In this document: positions 1 to 6,575 of the stretch, one piece after another
Layout of the letters: each line of letters opens with the position of its first letter
Position numbering within the stretch: position 1 is the first letter of the stretch
DNA from: Candidatus Tremblayella phenacoccinincola
GTDB taxonomy: Bacteria; Pseudomonadota; Gammaproteobacteria; Burkholderiales; Burkholderiaceae
Length of the DNA: 6,907 nucleotides
Assembly: GCF_002682985.1 (NCBI RefSeq)
Contig: NZ_MKGN01000009.1
Coordinates: 1 to 6,907, forward strand
Reading direction: 5' to 3'
Made by a program: the position numbers and the translations under genes
Notes under the pieces: generated by a model
What the model was told of the DNA's origin: nothing
Seen by the model: only the letters and a program-made list of their open reading frames with translations
The model's database searches: none

Positions 1-762
1 AGTTGGTAAGTGTGTTATCCTAACAGCTGACTCTGTTTTATTAACATGCTGTCCTCCAGCCCCTGAAGAACGAAATGTGTCTATTCTTAGGTCAGCTGCA
101 GTTAGGTTAGATATTGAGCTATTATCGGAATCTACTAAAACAACTACTATACAAGTAGAAGTATGTATTCTCCCTTGTGTCTCTGTATTTGGTATTCTTT
201 GAACTCTGTGACCTCCTGACTCAAACCTTAATAAACCGTATGTACCACTATTTGTAACTTTAAATATAACTTCTGTACATCCGCCATAGCTATTAGATTC
301 TTTACTTAGTAAGTTAACAGACCATCTTTTACTATATGCGTATTTATAATACATCCTATAAAGAACATTAACAAATAAAGTAGACTCATTACCTCCAGTA
401 CCCGTCTTTATTTCTATAAGACACCCATACTTATCATTCTCACCTTTAGGAACTGCTTTACTATTTAAAAGCTTTTGTTCTTTTCCGTTTATATTAGCTT
501 TTAGTAAGTTAAGTTCTTCTTTAGCTAAATACCATATATCATTATCTACTAACAGCTTTTCTAACCATATGGCTTCTTTATTATCTTTTACCCAGCTCTT
601 AAATAGGTTAACTATATTAGAAAGGTCAGTATAGCATTTAGATAGGGTTCTAAATATAAACATATTAACTATAGCTTCTGGGATTGGTTTATTTAGTAGT
701 AGTTCTATTTCTTTATGGTGCTTTTCTATATCCTTTAGCTGATTAACTATATGGATATACAT
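1..762 (-). CDS. prfA: Peptide chain release factor 1 (RF1), N-terminal 254 codons; the 3' end runs off the left edge of the window
   Basis: Hand translation of the minus strand from the ATG at 762-760 gives MYIHIVNQLKDIEKHHKEIELLLNK... and stays open to position 1. It is missing from the ORF track only because no stop lies in the window. Diagnostic blocks are LIEIKTGTGGNESTLF, LRFESGGHRVQRIPNTETQGRIHTS (a Pro-x-Thr tripeptide of RF1 type, not the SPF of RF2) and RIDTFRSSGAGGQHVNKTESAVRITHLPT (GGQ motif at codons 236-238, as in E. coli RF1). An AAGAG Shine-Dalgarno-like sequence lies 9 nt upstream of the ATG on the minus strand. Confidence 0.93.
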   Translation of the reverse strand, partial: MYIHIVNQLKDIEKHHKEIELLLNKPIPEAIVNMFIFRTLSKCYTDLSNIVNLFKSWVKDNKEAIWLEKLLVDNDIWYLAKEELNLLKANINGKEQKLLNSKAVPKGENDKYGCLIEIKTGTGGNESTLFVNVLYRMYYKYAYSKRWSVNLLSKESNSYGGCTEVIFKVTNSGTYGLLRFESGGHRVQRIPNTETQGRIHTSTCIVVVLVDSDNSSISNLTAADLRIDTFRSSGAGGQHVNKTESAVRITHLPT

Positions 763-889
763 AACACCCAGCTCTTATTACTTGTCTCCACATAATATAT
801 AGTAGTCTCATGTTCCATATAGGCTTTTATTAACAATAGCTTTCTAACTTAATATTGTTTAAGAGGTTCCAACATATGGTTAGCTTCTA

Positions 890-1693
890 ATGAAAAAGAT
901 AACTATATTGAAGTTTAAATACTATAAAGAAAAGCATTATAAGTTCTCAGCTATAACTGCTTATGACTATTCATTTGTTAGTCTATTTAAAAGGAATCCT
1001 GTTAAAGCGATATTAGTAGGTGACTCATTAAATATGGTAGTTAAAGGAAATAAGCATACCATTTCAACAAACCTGAGAGATATTATATATCATCTAAAAT
1101 GTATAAGAGCCACAGGTTCCACTTGTTTAATAATAGCTGACTTGCCTTATATATGCGTTAATAGGTTTGATAGTGCTTTAAAAAGCTCTACATTACTTTT
1201 AAAGTATGGTGCAAATATAGTTAAGATAGAAGAAAGGGAGAACTGTTTTAAAAGTATTATAAAACGACTAGTGTTGAAAGCAATTCCAGTATGCGGTCAT
1301 ATTGGACTAACTCCGCAATATGTTAATATAATTAGTAGCTATGTAATACAAGGAAGAGATAGCTATAGTTCAGAGTTACTAATAGATAGTTCTATATGGT
1401 TAGAAAGGTATGGAGTACATGGTTTAATAATAGAGTGTGTAGTTTCATATTTAGTTCAAAAGCTGTTACAACTGTTAGCTATACCAATTGTAGGTATTGG
1501 AGCTGGACCTACAGCTGATGGACAAATCTTAGTAGTAAATGATATTATTGGCATATTAGATAATATAGATAAGCTTCCCTTCTTTGTTAAGATCTTTATT
1601 AAGGAATCCAAAACCCTAGATAGGCTTGTACACATATATAGTAAAAGTATTGAGAAAGGCTTTTTCCCTAATATTAGTAATGTCATTCCATAA
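890..1693 (+). CDS. panB: 3-methyl-2-oxobutanoate hydroxymethyltransferase (ketopantoate hydroxymethyltransferase), pantothenate biosynthesis
   Basis: This is the 267-aa track ORF. It is colinear with E. coli PanB from residue 1. Matching blocks are FSAITAYDYSF, LVGDSLNM, IADLPY, GANIVKIEE, PVCGHIGLTPQ, LIIECV, IPIVGIGAGPTADGQILV and a C-terminal GFFP. The putative metal and catalytic residues (D in GDS, D in ADLP, E in IECV) are present. The stop codon is TAA. Confidence 0.93.
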   Translation: MKKITILKFKYYKEKHYKFSAITAYDYSFVSLFKRNPVKAILVGDSLNMVVKGNKHTISTNLRDIIYHLKCIRATGSTCLIIADLPYICVNRFDSALKSSTLLLKYGANIVKIEERENCFKSIIKRLVLKAIPVCGHIGLTPQYVNIISSYVIQGRDSYSSELLIDSSIWLERYGVHGLIIECVVSYLVQKLLQLLAIPIVGIGAGPTADGQILVVNDIIGILDNIDKLPFFVKIFIKESKTLDRLVHIYSKSIEKGFFPNISNVIP

Positions 1694-1741
1694 GTTGTTA
1701 ATAGATCTTATATACCTAAACACTATTATTTAAGAGGCAAT

Positions 1742-4378
1742 ATGGATAAAAGCATCAAAGCCATTAAAAACATGTTCCTTAACTTCTTTAAAAAAGAAAC
1801 ACACATAGTTCTGGAAAGCAGTCCCATTATACCAAACAACGGCTCTTCATTACTTTTTACTAACGCTGGAATGAACCAGTTTAAAGATATCTATTTAGAC
1901 ATAGAACGAGCTATCTATAGTAAGGTAGCCACATCTCAATATTGTTTAAGACTAGGTGGAAAACATAATGACTTAAATGCTGTTGGTTTTACCAATAGAC
2001 ATCATACTCTTTTTGAGATGCTAGGTAACTTTAGCTTTGGATTCTATTTTAAATATGAAACCATAAGACTAGCTTGGAAACTATTAACTAGTGAAAGATG
2101 GTTCAATATACATAAAGATAAGCTATTAGTTACTGTTTATTATTTAGATAGAGAAGCATATGATATATGGACAAAAGATATAGGAATGCCTAAGGAAAAG
2201 GTATTTATTATCGCAGATACGAATAAGAAAGAACCTTATTCGTCTGATAACTTTTGGTATATGGGGGACATTGGTCCATGTGGTCCATGCTCTGAGGTCT
2301 TTTATGATTATGGTGAACATATGGTTGAGAAAGGCTGTGGGTCTAGATATGTAGAGGTTTGGAACCTAGTATTTATGCAATATAACCGACAACATAATAA
2401 CTTAATGATTCCATTAGATAAACCATCTGTCGATACTGGAATGGGATTGGAACGAATAGCAGCTGTATTACAAAAGGCTGTATCTACATTTAAAACAGAT
2501 ATCTTTAGCAATACTATAGCTATAATAAAAAGAGAACTTAATATAAGCTATTTGAATGACTATATGTGCGTAATAGCAGACCACATAAGAACATGCTTTT
2601 ATATAATTAAAGCCGGTATTTACCCATCTAATGAAGGAAGAGGCTATGTATTACGGCGAGTTATTAGACGAATGATTAGGTACTTAAACTTATTAGGCAT
2701 TGAAAAGGCTTGCATATATATGTTAGTCTATGTGTTAAAGGACATATTTATTGACTACTTTGAAGATAGACATATATCCATAAAACATATTGAGACTATT
2801 ATCTTATATGAAGAGGTTAGGTATTATAAAGCTATAATAAAAGGTTTAGAAGTGCTTTTAAATAATATAAACAGAAAAGATGTTAAAGGTGTTCTAGATG
2901 GAAAAGCAGCCTTTTATATATACGATACCTATGGGTTACCAGTTGAGTTTATATTTGAGATATGTATTGAAAAAGCTATTAATATAGATAAAGCTAGACT
3001 TATAAGATATATAGCTCTACATAAAAGCATCTATAGAAAAGATATCCTTATATGTTCTAGTGAAAAGCCTAGTGAAGAACCATATATAAAAGCTACTTGT
3101 ATTTATGTTGGTTATAATAAGCTAGAATATATAGGACTTATAAAAGATATCTTTATTAGAAAAGCTAAAGTAGGTTCTATATATGAAGGACAATATGGTT
3201 CTTTAATATTAACTAAAACAGCTTATTATCCTGAGACAAGTGGACAGGCAGGAGATATTGGAGAACTAAAAACAATAAAAGGACTATTTAAAGTAACTAA
3301 TACTAAGCTATATAATAAAACTATCCTCCATATTGGAAAAGTAATATATGGATTCTTTAGCCTAAAAGAAACAGTATTAATGAATGTGGATGCTGTATAT
3401 CGTAAAGCTATTAAAGCTAATCATTCAGCAGTTCATATATTAACTAAAGTATTATGTAGTTATATAAAAAAGAACCTTATTCAAAAGGACACATATATAG
3501 AATCTAACTATATACGGCTTGACTATATATGCGGAAAGGAAGCAGGAAAACCTTTCCTATTAAACAATGAAGAAGCTATCTTAATAGAAGAAGAAGTAAA
3601 TGAACAGCTAGTAACTAATATGTTAACTGTATCTAAGCTTAGTTCTTTTATTGATGGTTCAGAATACATAAGATCTAATATTATATCTATGCATAGCTAT
3701 GTGTCTATTGTTAGGGTAGTTAATATATATGGTCTTTCTATAGAGCTATGTAAAGGGATGCATACAAAACGATCAGGGTCTATAGGTATTATATACATAA
3801 CTGCTCAATATAACTTATCAAAAGCCTCTATACGCATAGAAGCAGTAACAGGAGTCTCTTCTATATGGTTTGTAGTTAATAATAAAGCTATGCTAAAGAA
3901 GTTAAAAGAAGTTGCAAATAGTAATGAAGCTATGCTATGTGCTCAGTTAGTTCATATAAAAGCTGAGCATAATAGACTAGAAAGAGAAGTAATATATATT
4001 AGGAATACTCACATATCTTTTTATATTGAAAGCCTAATAAAAGAACTTAAAGACTATAAAGATAATATAGTAGTTAAAACTATTGGTAGCTTTTATACTA
4101 GCTATATATATTTAATTACTAAATGCCTAATAGATAAACTAAGAGCTAAGGTTATTATATTGAATGCTAAGCAAGGTAATAGTGTTAGGTTTATAATAGG
4201 AATAACAGATGACTTACTATGCTATATAAAAGCTAAAGACATATTAGATTATCTTAGACCTAGCCTAAGTTCCAAAGGAGGAGGCTCTTTAAAGATAGTT
4301 CAGGGAGTTGGGGAGTTTATAGTCTTTAAAAAAGAGATACAATCAGTCAGTAATATAATATTAACTAAGCTAAGGTAG
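1742..4378 (+). CDS. alaS: Alanine--tRNA ligase (AlaRS), full length
   Basis: This is the 878-aa track ORF (E. coli AlaRS is about 876 aa). Class II core blocks are LLFTNAGMNQFKD, GGKHNDLNAVGFTNRHHTLFEMLGNFSFG, GPCGPCSEVFYD, VWNLVFMQYNR, PSVDTGMGLERIAAVLQ and SNEGRGYVLRRVIRR. The editing-domain zinc motifs are intact: NHSAVH (HxxxH) and CKGMH (CxxxH). A C-terminal SKGGGS (DHHA1-like) block is present. The AAGAGG Shine-Dalgarno sequence at 1732-1737 lies 4 nt before the ATG. The stop codon is TAG. Confidence 0.97.
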   Translation: MDKSIKAIKNMFLNFFKKETHIVLESSPIIPNNGSSLLFTNAGMNQFKDIYLDIERAIYSKVATSQYCLRLGGKHNDLNAVGFTNRHHTLFEMLGNFSFGFYFKYETIRLAWKLLTSERWFNIHKDKLLVTVYYLDREAYDIWTKDIGMPKEKVFIIADTNKKEPYSSDNFWYMGDIGPCGPCSEVFYDYGEHMVEKGCGSRYVEVWNLVFMQYNRQHNNLMIPLDKPSVDTGMGLERIAAVLQKAVSTFKTDIFSNTIAIIKRELNISYLNDYMCVIADHIRTCFYIIKAGIYPSNEGRGYVLRRVIRRMIRYLNLLGIEKACIYMLVYVLKDIFIDYFEDRHISIKHIETIILYEEVRYYKAIIKGLEVLLNNINRKDVKGVLDGKAAFYIYDTYGLPVEFIFEICIEKAINIDKARLIRYIALHKSIYRKDILICSSEKPSEEPYIKATCIYVGYNKLEYIGLIKDIFIRKAKVGSIYEGQYGSLILTKTAYYPETSGQAGDIGELKTIKGLFKVTNTKLYNKTILHIGKVIYGFFSLKETVLMNVDAVYRKAIKANHSAVHILTKVLCSYIKKNLIQKDTYIESNYIRLDYICGKEAGKPFLLNNEEAILIEEEVNEQLVTNMLTVSKLSSFIDGSEYIRSNIISMHSYVSIVRVVNIYGLSIELCKGMHTKRSGSIGIIYITAQYNLSKASIRIEAVTGVSSIWFVVNNKAMLKKLKEVANSNEAMLCAQLVHIKAEHNRLEREVIYIRNTHISFYIESLIKELKDYKDNIVVKTIGSFYTSYIYLITKCLIDKLRAKVIILNAKQGNSVRFIIGITDDLLCYIKAKDILDYLRPSLSSKGGGSLKIVQGVGEFIVFKKEIQSVSNIILTKLR

Positions 4379-4392
4379 AGGTTGCTATAGAA

Positions 4393-4475
4393 GATGAGAT
4401 GGTCGAGAGGTTTAAGACGTATCTCTGCTAAGGATATATGTGAAAGCATCGAGGGTTCGAATCCCTCTCTCATCG
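4393..4475 (+). tRNA. serV: tRNA-Ser, anticodon GCU (class II, long variable arm); no encoded CCA
   Basis: Hand-folded cloverleaf. The acceptor stem is GATGAGA/TCTCATC with discriminator G4475. The D stem is GTC/GAC with loop GAGAGGTTTAA. The anticodon stem is TATCT/GGATA with loop CTGCTAA (GCT at 4427-4429). The variable arm is 14 nt, TATGTGAAAGCATC, with a short stem closed by GAAA. The T arm is GAGGG-TTCGAAT-CCCTC. The gene sits directly after alaS and before tRNA-Arg(ACG), as serV does in E. coli. Confidence 0.93.
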
Positions 4476-4478
4476 GAT

Positions 4479-4552
4479 GCATTCGTAGCTCAGTTGGACA
4501 GAGTACTCGACTACGGATCGGGTGGTGGGGGGTTCGAGTCCTCTCGAGTGCA
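4479..4552 (+). tRNA. argV: tRNA-Arg, anticodon ACG; no encoded CCA
   Basis: Hand-folded cloverleaf. The acceptor stem is GCATTCG/CGAGTGC (one G-U pair) with discriminator A4552. The D arm is GCTC-AGTTGGACA-GAGT. The anticodon stem is CTCGA/TCGGG with loop CTACGGA (ACG at 4513-4515, G at position 37). The variable loop is TGGTG. The T arm is GGGGG-TTCGAGT-CCTCT (two G-U pairs). It closely resembles the E. coli tRNA-Arg(ACG) sequence as I recall it. Confidence 0.93.
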
Positions 4553-4600
4553 TCTTTTAACAGTCTTTATATTGAGTTCATAACATTATGGGAGGCTATA

Positions 4601-4897
4601 ATGAAGATACAACCATTGCATGACCGTGTTATAATTAAAAGGAAAGCAGTTGAACCTAAGTCTGCAGGAGGGATAGTATTAACAAGTTCTGCGGTTGGTA
4701 AGTCTTCTAGAGGACAAGTGGTTGCAGTAGGTAAAGGTAGAACATTAGAATCTGGAGAGATAAGGCCTTTAGATATCAAAGTAGGAGATGTTGTTATATT
4801 TAATGAAGGCTATAGTGTAAAAACAGAAAAGCTAGATAATGAAGAAGTATTGATTATATCTGAAACCGATATATTGGCTGTTGTTGAAGAAGACTAA
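4601..4897 (+). CDS. groES: Co-chaperonin GroES (10 kDa chaperonin), 98 aa
   Basis: The translation [47 protein letters not shown]...[18 protein letters not shown] is colinear with E. coli GroES. The GGAGG at 4591-4595 lies 5 nt before the ATG at 4601. The track ORF start at 4394 is an artefactual extension through both tRNA genes. The stop codon is TAA. Confidence 0.96.
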   Translation: MKIQPLHDRVIIKRKAVEPKSAGGIVLTSSAVGKSSRGQVVAVGKGRTLESGEIRPLDIKVGDVVIFNEGYSVKTEKLDNEEVLIISETDILAVVEED

Positions 4898-4913
4898 TAT
4901 TATTATAGGTTAA

Positions 4914-6575
<1,662 letters not shown>

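Noticed and set aside
830-858. A sigma-70-like promoter for panB, TTAACA-N17-TATTGT. A similar pair, TTAACA-N18-TAACAT, lies at 4557-4586 before groES.
   Set aside because: Such hexamer pairs arise easily by chance in sequence this AT-rich. The panB candidate would also start transcription at or inside the AAGAGG SD. I did not report them as features without transcript-start data.
1456-1686. A 76-aa minus-strand ORF antisense to panB.
   Set aside because: It lies entirely inside the well-supported panB CDS. It has a low-complexity translation, no recognisable motifs and no SD. It is a shadow ORF.
2308-2511. A 67-aa minus-strand ORF antisense to alaS.
   Set aside because: It lies inside the most conserved part of alaS (the GPCGPC to GMGLERIAAVLQ region). 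It is an antisense shadow ORF with no independent support.
4300-4482. A 60-aa minus-strand ORF spanning the alaS 3' end and tRNA-Ser.
   Set aside because: It overlaps a solid tRNA gene and the alaS terminus on the opposite strand. It exists only because the GC-richer tRNA sequence lacks stops.
4394-4600. The 5' extension of the groES ORF in the track (4394..4897, starting [14 protein letters not shown]...).
   Set aside because: The first 69 codons read straight through tRNA-Ser and tRNA-Arg. GroES homology begins exactly at Met70 (ATG 4601), which has a GGAGG 5 nt upstream.
4567-4779. A 70-aa minus-strand ORF antisense to groES.
   Set aside because: It is a shadow ORF inside a conserved CDS, and its translation is not recognisable.
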